NCBI GenBank assembly: GCA_013239625.1
Contig: MU053799.1
Span: 62,001-126,000, forward strand
Length of the DNA stretch: 64,000 nt
Source: Lama guanicoe
Lineage: Eukaryota
Reading direction: 5' to 3'
Position 1 is the first letter of the stretch. Each line of letters opens with the position of its first letter. Under the pieces are notes generated by a model, which did no database searches, had not been told where the DNA came from, and saw nothing but the letters and a program-made list of their open reading frames with translations. This document shows, piece after piece, positions 1-10,310 of this stretch. A program made the translations under genes and the position numbers.

Positions 1-720
1 AGGGGCCAGTAAACCGATTTTTAAGTGCTGCGACCGCCTCACAGCTCCGGGGCCTACGGATTCCAGAATTGGGCCGGGCTCGGGTCACAAAACTGCTGTG
101 AGTTCTTGTCTCTGTTGTTTTAATGTATTAAGCGACACCAGAGGCCTCGGCGGGGCCGCAAGGCCCGACGGGGCCTTGTCTGAGGCCAGCTCCTCCCACA
201 CCTGAGGGAGGGAGGCTGATGGGGAGCGGCGCCAGCCCACATTCGGGGAGGGAAGACATGAAAGGGTCTCAGGATCCGCGGGCCGCGGACTCCACGTTCC
301 CTCCTGAGGGCCCGCCGCCCTGGACAGGCCGCCCCGGCGCTGCTAGGCCGGGCGCGGTATGGGGACCCGCGAAGCCCGCACCTCTCCCCTCGGGGGCCGA
401 CCCGGCCGCTCCACGCCCACGTCCTTACCGGTTCCCGTCAGCAGCGGTGAGGGAGCGGCCGGCGCCGCTACCGGCCCCGAGGCGCTCCCCCGGCGAAGCC
501 CGAGGCGACGACGCCTCCTCAGGCCCCGGGCGCCGCCGACGCCGCCGACGCCCCCGCCCGCGCGCCCGCTGCCACCTGTGATTGGCTGCCAGGTGCGGGC
601 GCGAGGTCGGGCGCTGCGATCCGATTGGCCGCGAGGCCGGTTTGGGCGCATGCGCGCACTGACGCCCCTGGTGGCAACCGCTGGGGGTGGAGTCAGACTG
701 ATGAACTACCGGAGTCTCAA
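1..720 (-). promoter_or_regulatory. CpG island promoter and probable non-coding first exon of a minus-strand gene leaving the window (likely ZNF280B by synteny)
   Basis: Very GC/CpG-rich. Two CCAAT boxes (GATTGG at ~580 and ~623), NRF1-type GCGCATGCGC at 646-655, and a minus-strand donor G|GTAAG (plus CTTACC, 424-429). ZNF280B identity rests only on the human order ZNF280B-ZNF280A-PRAME. Confidence 0.65.
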
Positions 721-962
721 GGGTCTTGGGCTGTCAAGGTTTCTCAGCTGGCCCGGTTCAGGGCTGAGGGCGGGCTCCCAGCCCATCAGGAGTTTGCCCA
801 CCTGCAGTCCAGCTCTCAGAACCCTCAGGTGAAGTCCCTTTCCCTTAAAAGCACTAGCTGCTGCCTGCCGCTTGCTTAAGGAACCTGACCCCACAACTGG
901 GTCTTGAAGCCCTTCCTCTTGGATTTGCATTTGGGGTCAATCCAGTCCAGCCCGCCACGTGT

Positions 963-964
<2 letters not shown>

Positions 965-1042
<78 letters not shown>
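965..1042. repeat. (GT)39 microsatellite
   Basis: Uninterrupted GT dinucleotide run of 78 bp. Confidence 0.98.
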
Positions 1043-1043
<1 letters not shown>

Positions 1044-1089
1044 GCCACGTGTTCTTGTACAGCATGAAACGAGCTAAACATTAGCTTTA

Positions 1090-1325
1090 CATTTTTTAAT
1101 GACTGGGGAAAAAAACACAAGGAGAATATTATTTTGTGATGTGAAAATTATACGAAATCCAGTTTTCAGAGTCCTTAAATAAAATTTTATTAGAACAGAG
1201 ACGTGCCTGTTCCTTTAGTTATTGTCTGTGGCTGCAGAGTTGATCAATGGCCAGAGATCTTTTTCGCTAAGCCTAATAAGGTACTTATATCTGGCCTTTT
1301 ACAGAAACTTTTTTAAGTGCCTTGT
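1090..1325 (+). mobile_element. hAT-Charlie MER58-like DNA transposon fragment
   Basis: AATAAAATTTTATTAGAACA...TATTGTCTGTGGCTGC...TGGCCTTTTACAGAAA resembles MER58 and the copy near 10 kb. Boundaries approximate. Confidence 0.55.
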
Positions 1326-2479
1326 TCTGTTGAAAGTCTGTTAGTAATCGTTTTTTTTTAATCGGTTTTGGTTTTGTTAATTTATAATGCTGTTTTCATT
1401 TATAGTATATTAATTTTCCATTCTTGATTTTCTTCCTTCTTACCTCTATAGGTTTGTTCTGTTGTTCTTCTTTACAACTTTTTTAGATAAATGCCTAGAA
1501 CACTTACTTGTAACTTTTATTTCTCTGGTGTCTAATGCTATAAATTTACCTTAATTTACTAAAGTACCAATTTAACTGTGTCCCACAATTTTTGCATAAT
1601 AATGTTCATTATCATTCAATTCCAAGTATATCCTAATTTCCCTAGTGATTCTCTTCTTAAAACAAGGATTATATATTAACATGGTATTTATTTTCCAGAT
1701 CTATGGGATTTTTAAAGTTGTTTCTTTATCAATTTCTCATTTTGTTGCATTATGGTCAGATCACACAGTCTAACTATTATTGATCCTTTGCATTTGAAGA
1801 CTTCTGTCCAGTGAAATATACCATAATCAAAATGGAGAGGGTATAATGTAGAGAAAATATGTGCAATGTCTAACATGTATGTATGTGAAATAACCTCGTT
1901 TAGGCCTCGCAGTTACTCCAGTATCTTTCAGTAAGTTGCCATTAACTAAACTCCAGGCTTTATTCAAATTTCACTAGTTTTCCCACAAATGTACTTTTTC
2001 TGTTCCAGATTCCCATAAAGGGTACCGAATTGCATTTAGTCATAGCGTCTCCTTAGCTTACTCCAGTCTGCGGCAGTGCCTTCAACTTTCCTTATTTCTC
2101 ATGACTTTTGACAATTTTCAGAAGTCCTTAAAGGTCAGATAGTTTGCAGAAAGACCCTCAATTTGAGTTTGATGTGATTCTTCCCATTACACTGGGGTTT
2201 ATAGGTTTTTAAACTAAACTGCAGAGGTAATGTATCTTTCTCATATTCCCACTTCCCATCCGGGATATGTACTATCATTGTGACTTAGTTTCTCTGCTAC
2301 AAAGTTACTTTTCTCCCCCTGCCATATTCTATCCTTGGGGAAAAAGTCACCAATCCCAGCCTACACTTAGGGAGGGGCATAGAACCTCATTGAAGGGGTT
2401 ATTATCTGAGATACACAAGTTATTGAGAACACGAATTAGTTGGAATTCATTTATAAAGACGATCTGTTTCTTCTTGCTT

Positions 2480-2640
2480 TAAATTTTAATTTTAAATCAA
2501 AGGAATTAGATAAAATTAAAAAATTAGTGCCTCAGTCCTACTAGTTACATTTCAACAGCTCTGTAGACACATGTGGCATACTGGACAGAGCAGATATGGA
2601 ACATTTCCATCACTGCAGAAACTTCCGTGGAAAGCACTGA
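2480..2640 (+). mobile_element. MER3-like hAT-Charlie fragment
   Basis: TGGACAGAGCAGATATGGAACATTTCCATCACTGCAGAAA resembles the MER3 end. Confidence 0.55.
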
Positions 2641-3191
2641 CTTAGATCATTGTCCTTCCATCCTTTCTTCTTTTCAAACATAATGCACTTAAACATATGA
2701 ATTTCTTCTATGGACAACTTTCGCTGTCTCATAAATGTTGCTGTTTTCAATTACCATTCAATTCTAAATTTTTTTTTCCCATAGTGATTTCTCATAGGAG
2801 CTACAAGTTATTTAGAACCAGACCCAGAACTAGGATGAGCCTAGACCACAGCATTAAAGAAGCTTGTGAAAATGCAAGGTTGGCACTTTGGCATCTTGGG
2901 CTCCTGGTAATCCTTCCTCCAGTCCCAGCCCTGTTTAGAATTATACTGCTTCATTTCAAACTTTGGGGTTTTTTTTCTTACTTATCTTTCTGTTATTGAT
3001 TTGTAGCTCAGTTTTCCTGCGATCAGTGGGTAGTTACAAAAAGCCCTACAGCCAACATCACAATTGATGAACTGTTGTACATGAGCTTGAGAACAAGACA
3101 GAATGTCCATTATAAACACTGTAACAAAAAACCTTGAGTAGCCAAGACGATTTTGAACACCAAAGCTGGAGAACTTAAGCTCCCAGATGGC

Positions 3192-3633
3192 TGTATTAGT
3201 CAGGATTCTCCAGAGAAACAGAACTAATAGGATACAGAGGGAAAACACGAGGAGGTTTGTTTCAGGAATTGACTTAAAGGGTTATGGAGGCTGAGATGTC
3301 CCACAATCTGCCCTCTCCAGGCTGCAAAACCAAGAAAACCAGTGATATAATTCAGTCCAAGTCAAAAGGCCCAAGAACCAGGAACTCTGACATCTAAGGA
3401 AAGGGAAATGAATGTCCCATCTCAGAAAAAGAGAGAGAAAACTTGCTTTTCCTTTCCGTGTGTTCTCTTAGGGCTCTCAACAGACTGGGGATTGGGTTTA
3501 TCTCGTTTACTCAGTGTACTGATTCTAATGCTAATCTCTTCTGAAAACACCCTCACAGACACACCCAGAAATAATGTTTCACTAGCTCTGAGCATCCCTT
3601 ACCCCAATCAAGCTGATAAAATTAACCATCACA
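3192..3633 (-). mobile_element. ERVL LTR (MLT2-like), solo
   Basis: Termini TGTATTAGTCAGGATTCTCCAGAGAAACAGAAC ... AATTAACCATCACA; the reverse complement TGTGATGGTTAATT is the MLT2-type start. Confidence 0.75.
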
Positions 3634-3789
3634 CAACTCAGGCAGAGCCACAATAATTAAGAGCTGTAATAATTGTGGCATTAGCAGAAGGCCTAGAGAA
3701 CTGGAATGGAATGGAGTCCAAAAGTACGTAGACAGTCTATCGTTTATAGTTTCCTCCACAGTACAGTTCCACTGTATAACCCTATATAT

Positions 3790-5510
3790 AGTGTTCTTTT
3801 TAGTAAATGGCACTGGTTGATTTGAATATTCATCTGAAAAAGTTAACTTTGATACCTTGATTTATCACATCATAAATAAAACAATAAATTTGAGATAGAT
3901 CAGATCTAAATGTGAAAGGCTAAACAGTCGAACTTCTAGAAGAATACCTAGGAGGAATATGTCCTCAGCAGACAACTTATTAAATGAAGCACCAATCTTG
4001 ATATACATATATGCACCCATGAAACCACAATCCAGGTCAAGATATGGGACATTTTCAGTGCCTCAGCAGTTTCCATATGCCATTCCCAGTTGACAGAGTC
4101 TAGTTTTTAAGGGGAAGGGAGGCAAGATTTGAATAGGCACTTAATAAAAGATGATAATATTTGAGTGGCCAATAAGCATATGAAAAAAAATTTATCAAAA
4201 TCATTATTCATCAGGGAAATGCAAATGAACCTAGAATGTGACTCCACTACAACTTTGAGAGAATGGTACTAATTGTTACTGAACCAAACTTGGGTCCGCT
4301 AGCCCACGCACACGTAGTAAAGCCAATCCACTGACACCATGTTGTGGTGAAGGAAAGTAGAGTTTCTTGCAAGGTGTCCAAAACAAGACCAAGGAGGGAG
4401 AACAGGCACTTTGTGCCCAAAAGACTTGAACTCCCCTGATGGATTTCAGAAAAGGGTTTTTAAAGACAATGTTGGGGAGAGGGTTGCAGGGTATGTAATC
4501 AGCTCATGCACAATTCTTATGATTGGTTGGTGGTGAGATAATCAGGTTGTATTCCAGGAGGCAACATCATCAACCTTCTGGTTCCAACCAGTCTGGGGTC
4601 TACATGCTGGTGCTCAGCATGCAGTTAACTTCTTCCACCTGGTGGGGGTTTTAGCATCTGCAAAACAACTCAAGGATATGGCTCAGGATGGTGTCTCTAG
4701 CCCTTGAGGGGGAACTAAAGGTTCTTGACTTTGTTTTACAGATAAACTATTATTGTTTTGTCTTGCTTGACTGTTTTCTTTTGCGTCTGCATTTTCTCCT
4801 CTGATTAAATTTGCTCTTTGGAACTCAGGGAAGGCCTAGGAAGCTAAAGCTTTTCTATAAACAAGAGGCAGGGGACACAGGGAATGGGGGGGTCATCTGT
4901 CCCTGGGAAGATCCTGCAGGGTCCTCCTCGGTTACATAATGCAAGACTGACTGTACCAAGTGTTGGATCTGTAAACATGGAAATCCTAATATTGTTGGTG
5001 GAAATACAAATTGTTTTAATCACTTTGAAAAAAGTGTTTGGCAGTATCTACACTAAAAAACTAAGTCTATGCTATTTCAGAACTTCTCATACCTATATAT
5101 ATAGATCGAGAATCTAGCTGTACCTAGATCAGTGTCTAGATATAGAGATGCAGATGCAGATACCCCAGAGGAATTCCCACATTTGTCTACCAAAAGACAC
5201 GCAGAAGCTCAGAGCAGCGTTATTCAAAATGGCAGAATTATAAGCCTCAAAGTCCAGGAGTGGTAAAATTGGTATATAAAACTGTGTCATATTCATTCAA
5301 GAAAATTTTACCCAAGTATGAAAAAAATGTGCTACAGCCACACACAACAAGAATGTATCTTATTTATTTAAAGGAAAACAAAGACCAAAAAAAAAAATCT
5401 ACTGTGTTATTCCATTTACTTAAATCTCAGAAACAGGAAGAACTAATCTCTGGTGGTCAGAGCAGTGGTTACTTTGGGGAGGACAAGGTGACTAGGAAAG
5501 AGCATGGGGA
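3790..5510 (+). mobile_element. Old degenerate LINE-1 (ORF2 end/3' region), interrupted by an LTR
   Basis: L1-like text GGCCAATAAGCATATGAAAA...CATCAGGGAAATGCAAAT resumes after the LTR as GACTGACTGTACCAAGTGTTGG...TTTGGCAGTATCTA. Confidence 0.65.
4274..4936 (-). mobile_element. Solo LTR, ERV1-like, 663 bp with 4-bp TSD
   Basis: TG...CA termini (TGTTACTGA ... TCGGTTACA, imperfect inverted repeat) flanked by TAAT at 4270-4273 and 4937-4940. Strand is tentative. Confidence 0.8.
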
Positions 5511-5658
5511 CTTGTACATGACAGTAGAGTGATGGCGAAGGTAGAATCCCAGTCACTGTAAAGCCCAACGGGGGGACATCACTTGCTGGCATCTCTGAGC
5601 CAGGGCATACAGCTAGCCCAGCCTCAGTTCAGCCTTTCAGAATTCCTGGAGATAGGAC

Positions 5659-7317
5659 TTAATTTTCAGCCAGAGCCCTGGCCGCAATGCGTCTGGAGTA
5701 TCTCCTGTTTGTCGCCATCTCCTTTTCAGCTTTTGCAGGTGACAGTTGGGGGTCAGTGTTGCTCACGACAATGGATGCTGCCCTTCTGGATCCTGGTTGA
5801 ACTGAAGTTCGGATCACGACTTCTGTTTCAGGAGGCAACCCTTCCAGTTGCTCTGGCTTCTTAACTGGTTGGTGATTCTTGGTTTGGTGCTCCGTTTTCT
5901 CCTTGAAAGTCAAAAACTGTAACCGGCACTTGGAACACCGATAGACCCTCTTGTTCCAGTGCCTCCAACTGTGATTCACGTAGGACGTCACCACTTTGAA
6001 AATTTTGAGGCAAAACAGACAAAGCAAATTCTTAGTGTTTTCATGGCATGTTCTGAAATGTGCTTCCACATCCGCAAAGGCTGACGATCTGTAACTGCAA
6101 ACTGGACACTCGTAGGGCATTTCGCCAGGCTTGTGATTGTCCTTCATGTGCTGTAAGAGAACCTGATCGGTTTCGAAGGACAATTCACAAATTTTACAGA
6201 CCACGGAGGGCTCCTGGGCAGTATGGACACTTTCAATGTGACACTGCAGCTGGAAGGGAGTCGGAGACTGGCGGTGACAGTGCTGGCAGGTGGTGTGGAT
6301 TTCCCAGCCATCACATCTCTGCTTCTCAAGTTCCAGATGATTCCTCATGTGAGTCATAAACTTGACATTTTTTAGAACTTTCAAGCAGCTGGGGCATTTA
6401 AAGGTCGTGTGAGTCTTCTGTTCTGGCTGCCCGTCTCCGGTGTGCTGTCCGTAGTAAAAGTCATCAAGTAACATGATCAGACTTCCTTTCTTGGGATCCA
6501 CAGTCTCGTTTTGACTTGATTGGCTTGAAAAGTCTGTTTTTTCCAGCTTTTCCAAGCTACATGCTCCATCTGGATCTATAAGATTGAAATGCGCTTTGTC
6601 AGTTGCATGAGCCCACGGAAATGATGGCCCACCCTGCGCATGGCTCGATGGGGTTGGGACACCTTCTGAGGCCGTACTCATATTCTTTGTGGGAGAGAGG
6701 CTTGGCAGGGCCGCAGCTGAGGAATGTGCCCCTGGGAATCCATCGCCAAGTTTCAGTCTTTTGGGATTCCCACTGTTTATATTTCCATCTGAAGCTGAAA
6801 GTCGCTTTAAATCACGAGGACTTTCATACTTGCCTCCTGTGGGGTGTGCAGCTCCATGTAGACAATGAGACCACGGAGAAAGCAAATCTGAAGACTCAGG
6901 AAGCATGCCTGGCAGTGAGCTGTTGTGACAGTCAGGTTTAGACAGAGGCTCAGAACCAGTATGACTGTCTATTTCTCCCCATTCAGATAGAGAAGCTGAA
7001 GAGATGGCCACTGCCTTTGACGTCAGGGTCACACGATTTGCAGGCTGCAGTGTGCAAGCAGGACCTTGCGCCACATGGCCTTTCTTTCTTCTGGAATGTG
7101 AGTCTTTGGTCACTCTGTTCAAAATGTTAGAAATGACCGGTTTTGAACTGGAAATCACTCGGACACAGAGGACTTCAGCATCGTCCTTGACATGCTCCAT
7201 TCCAACAAAGATCACCTCAGCATCGTCCCTGTCCCCGTCCTGGGGCCGTGAGTCTCTGATCTTCTCCTTCAGTGCCTCTGCTGCATATGTTTCCTCACCC
7301 CGGAAGAGATGCGCCAT
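5659..7317 (-). CDS. ZNF280A: Zinc finger protein 280A (SUHW1 family), single coding exon, 552 aa
   Basis: Long ORF with a C2H2 array (CPSC..H..H, CQHC, CKIC, CPVC, CLFC, CSKC) and ZNF280 motifs SKPVISNILNRV, DFYYGQH, HKPGEMPY. Acceptor CTTTAG| opens the exon at 7381. Adjacent to PRAME. Confidence 0.9.
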   Translation of the reverse strand: MAHLFRGEETYAAEALKEKIRDSRPQDGDRDDAEVIFVGMEHVKDDAEVLCVRVISSSKPVISNILNRVTKDSHSRRKKGHVAQGPACTLQPANRVTLTSKAVAISSASLSEWGEIDSHTGSEPLSKPDCHNSSLPGMLPESSDLLSPWSHCLHGAAHPTGGKYESPRDLKRLSASDGNINSGNPKRLKLGDGFPGAHSSAAALPSLSPTKNMSTASEGVPTPSSHAQGGPSFPWAHATDKAHFNLIDPDGACSLEKLEKTDFSSQSSQNETVDPKKGSLIMLLDDFYYGQHTGDGQPEQKTHTTFKCPSCLKVLKNVKFMTHMRNHLELEKQRCDGWEIHTTCQHCHRQSPTPFQLQCHIESVHTAQEPSVVCKICELSFETDQVLLQHMKDNHKPGEMPYECPVCSYRSSAFADVEAHFRTCHENTKNLLCLFCLKIFKVVTSYVNHSWRHWNKRVYRCSKCRLQFLTFKEKTEHQTKNHQPVKKPEQLEGLPPETEVVIRTSVQPGSRRAASIVVSNTDPQLSPAKAEKEMATNRRYSRRIAARALAEN

Positions 7318-7410
7318 CTTACAACTGCTTTTTGCTCCCAGTGGTCCCTTCTTCCAGTGCTTTCTTTTGGTCAGCTACCACCTAAAGGCAACCACACGAC
7401 ATGGTCAGTA

Positions 7411-8221
7411 CAGTCATCCCCACCTTGTCTGCAGTGTCCCTTTCTGTGGTTTCTGTTAGCTCTTGATTATTGACCAAAAATATTAAATGGAAAATTCCAG
7501 AATTAAATAACTCCTAAGTTTTAAATCATATGCTATTCTGAGTAGGATGATGAAATCTCGTGCTGTGCTGCCCCGTCCTGGGATAGGAATCCTCCCTTAG
7601 TCCCTCCACATCCCACTCATTAGTTAGCCACTCGGTTGTCAGATCAACTGTTGACATATCTCAGGGCTTGAGTTCAAGTCACCATTATTTTACTTAATAA
7701 TGGCCCCAAGGCACAAGCAGAGTGATGCTGGCATTTCAGATGTGCCGAAGGGAATCCATCAAGTGCCTACTTTAAGTGAAAATGTAAAAGTTCTTGGCTT
7801 GATAAGGAAAGAGAAAAGATTGTATGCTGAGGTTGCTCATGTCTATGGTATGATCGAATCATCTCTTGGTGAAATTGAAGGAAAAAGAAATCTATGCTGG
7901 TTTTGCTGTCACACCTCAAACTGCAAAAGTCATGGCCACAGTGCACAAATGCTTAGTTAAGATGGAAAAAATATTAAATCACTACAGTAAGATTTTTGAG
8001 ATAGAGACTGCATTCACATAACTTTTATTACATTATGTTGTTATAATTGTTCTCTTTTATTGTTAGTTACTGTTGTTAATCTTCCTGATACATTTAGCTG
8101 TATTATAGGTATGTTTGCATAGGAAAAAACATGTGTGTATAGGGTTTGATAGTATCCGCAGCTACAGATGTCCACTGAGGGTCTTGGAACATATCCCCCG
8201 TGGATAAGGGGGGAGCTATTG
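7411..8221 (+). mobile_element. MER44/Tigger7-derived DNA transposon with TA TSD
   Basis: TA-CAGTCATCCCCACCTTGTCTGC ... GTGGATAAGGGGGGAGCTATTG-TA inverted termini. Internal ORF 7700-7960 (MAPRHKQSDAG...LSENVKVLGLIRKEKRLYAEVA) is a truncated Tigger/CENP-B-type N-terminal HTH. Confidence 0.85.
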
Positions 8222-8248
8222 TATTTATTTCAAAAGACAAAATTATTA

Positions 8249-8334
8249 GGGGCTGGGTATAGCTCAGTGGTAGAGTATGTGCTTAGCATGCATGAGGTCA
8301 TGGGTTCAATTGCCAGTACCTCTATTTAAAAAAA
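8249..8334 (+). mobile_element. tRNA-derived SINE (camelid Vic-1-like)
   Basis: A box TAGCTCAGTGG, B box GGTTCAATT, A-tail, and TSD AAAAGACAAAATTATT / AAAAGACAAAAGTATT. Confidence 0.85.
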
Positions 8335-8689
8335 AAAAGACAAAAGTATTGTCTTGTTTAATCACCCTATGAAACACCGAGATAACTATGAACAACTTAT
8401 TTTACCCATGAGTAAACAGGGTCAAACCGTTAAGTGGCACGATCATTTTAAATATTCTATTGCAGCCCCTCCCCCCAACTTCTGCCTAACTCCCCAGGGC
8501 AGCCCCAGGGCTCCTGGTAAACTCTGCAGGAAAGCTAGCAAGCACTCTGTTGCTCGTAGGTCTCCAATCACACTCGGAAACGCCCGCAAACATAAAATGT
8601 CCAAAAGAGCCCTAGGCTATCTGCCTGGGTGCCCCTCCCTCCCTCCACTGTGTTCACCCCAAGCTCTATGAGTCTGGAAGACACTGGAC

Positions 8690-8992
8690 CTTGTACACGG
8701 ATCAAAAAAAATATACATTTTTTTAAATACCAAAAAGTTCCAAAAAGCAATTTGCCTGGCGTTGGCAACTATATACAAAGCATTTACACGATACTTACAA
8801 CTATTTACGTACATTGACTTTGTATTAGGTATTATAAGGGATCTAGAGATGATTTAAAGCATGCAGGAGGATGTGTGAAGTTATATGCAAAGACTGCCAT
8901 TTTATATAAGGGACTCGAGCATCCATGGTTTTGGGTACCTGCGGAGGAGGGGAGCCCTGGAGCCAATCCCCCAAGGAAATAGAGGGAGGATG
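8690..8992 (+). mobile_element. MER2-like Tigger DNA transposon
   Basis: GTATTAGGTATTATAAG..ATCTAGAGATGATTTAAAG...CCATTTTATATAAGGGACT.GAGCATCC is typical MER2 text. Confidence 0.7.
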
Positions 8993-9668
8993 GTACTTTC
9001 AGAACTTCTCTTGGTCCCCCTGCCTTGGATGCTCTTTCTGGGGTATCCCTGCCCCGGCTCTTGGCCTGCTTCAGGGCCACAGCTTCTCAGCAAAGCTTCC
9101 CTGAACGTGATTCAAAAATCACAACCTCACAGGCCCTGCTCCCTTCCAAAGCTGTGTTTTTCAATAGCGTTTACCACCTGCTAACACACAAGTTTAAAAT
9201 ACGTCTTACTTCTTTTCTGTCTCCACCCACTAGACTATAAGCTACATTCATGAGAGCAAGGACTCCTATTTTGTTTACTGCTGTATTCTTTGCTTCAAGA
9301 GCAAGAGTCTGGCATACTGTCAATGCTGAATGTTTGCTACATAAATAGTTATTAATATGATCATTTATGTACAACAACCCTGAACCCACTCACTGCAGGC
9401 TCTCCAAGCATTTAATGATACCCAAATTCTAATGATTTAACACTACCATGCAAGGGAGAAATCCAGCCAGTATGTGTGTTGTGGGGGAGCGGGTAATTGG
9501 CATAAAAGTTTTGTAATATATTTCTCCCTACAAGGATATGCTGAGACCTTCTGTGCCACTAACACATTTCACTGACACTAAGGGACATGTCAATGTTTAC
9601 ATTTGACCATGTCTGAAATCAAATAGCATTTCATCAGTAACATTTCATAGTTTGCTTGGCAGTGTGTA

Positions 9669-9801
9669 TTTTTTTAAAATTTTTTTGGGAGGAGGTAATT
9701 AGGCTTTTATTTATTATTTTTTAATAGAGACACTGAGAATTGAATCCAGGACCTCATGCATGCTAAGCACACACTCTACCACTGAGCCATACGCTCCCCC
9801 C
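9669..9801 (-). mobile_element. tRNA-derived SINE (Vic-1-like)
   Basis: Reverse-complement SINE body ATTGAATCCAGGACCTCATGCATGCTAAGCACACACTCTACCACTGAGC with T-rich tail. Confidence 0.85.
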
Positions 9802-9974
9802 TCTTGTTTATTTTCTTGTGGTATCAGAAATAATGTTGTGTCTCACAGTTGATGCCATCTTAGATTCAACGAAAAATTCTTTTTCTTTTCACAAGCTGAA
9901 CACAGCCTACTAAATTTATTTCACAAGTTACTAATGGGACACTAGCTGCATTATATAGGCAAATGGTTTAGACT

Positions 9975-10310
9975 GGGACTGGCAAATTGGCTTGCCCCCT
10001 GTTTTTTTGCCCAGCCAGCAAGCTAAGAATAGTTTTCACATTTTTTAGTTTTTTTTTTAACTTTAAAAAATACATTTAAGTTTTTACATCTTTTTAATGG
10101 GAGGTGGGGGGAACTGCAAAGAAATATCTTGTGGCACGTGAAATTTTTATGGCATTCAAATTGCAGCGTCCACAAATAAAGTTTTATTGGAACACAGCCA
10201 GGATCACTCGCCATTACCCGTGGCAGAGTCGAGACATTGCAACAGAGACCGCGTGGCCCTTAATGCGTAGTTAGTATCTAGCCCTTTGCAGAGAAAGTTT
10301 GCAGACCATG
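9975..10310 (+). mobile_element. MER58B-like hAT-Charlie element
   Basis: AGCTAAGAATAGTTTTCACATT...AATAAAGTTTTATTGGAACACAGCCA...GCCCTTTGCAGAGAAAGTTTGC. Confidence 0.7.

Noticed and set aside
219..930. Several 70-157 aa Pro/Arg/Gly-rich ORFs
   Set aside because: Expected stop-codon depletion in a CpG island; no recognisable domain.
854..1120. ORF with a (TH)n repeat
   Set aside because: Translation of the (GT)n microsatellite.
7700..7960. Possible domesticated Tigger (TIGD-like) gene
   Set aside because: Truncated, frameshifted HTH remnant inside a non-autonomous element; no DDE domain.
8249..8325. tRNA-like sequence (also at 9.7, 21.9 and 25.0 kb)
   Set aside because: A-tails, TSDs and no proper acceptor stem indicate SINEs, not tRNA genes.
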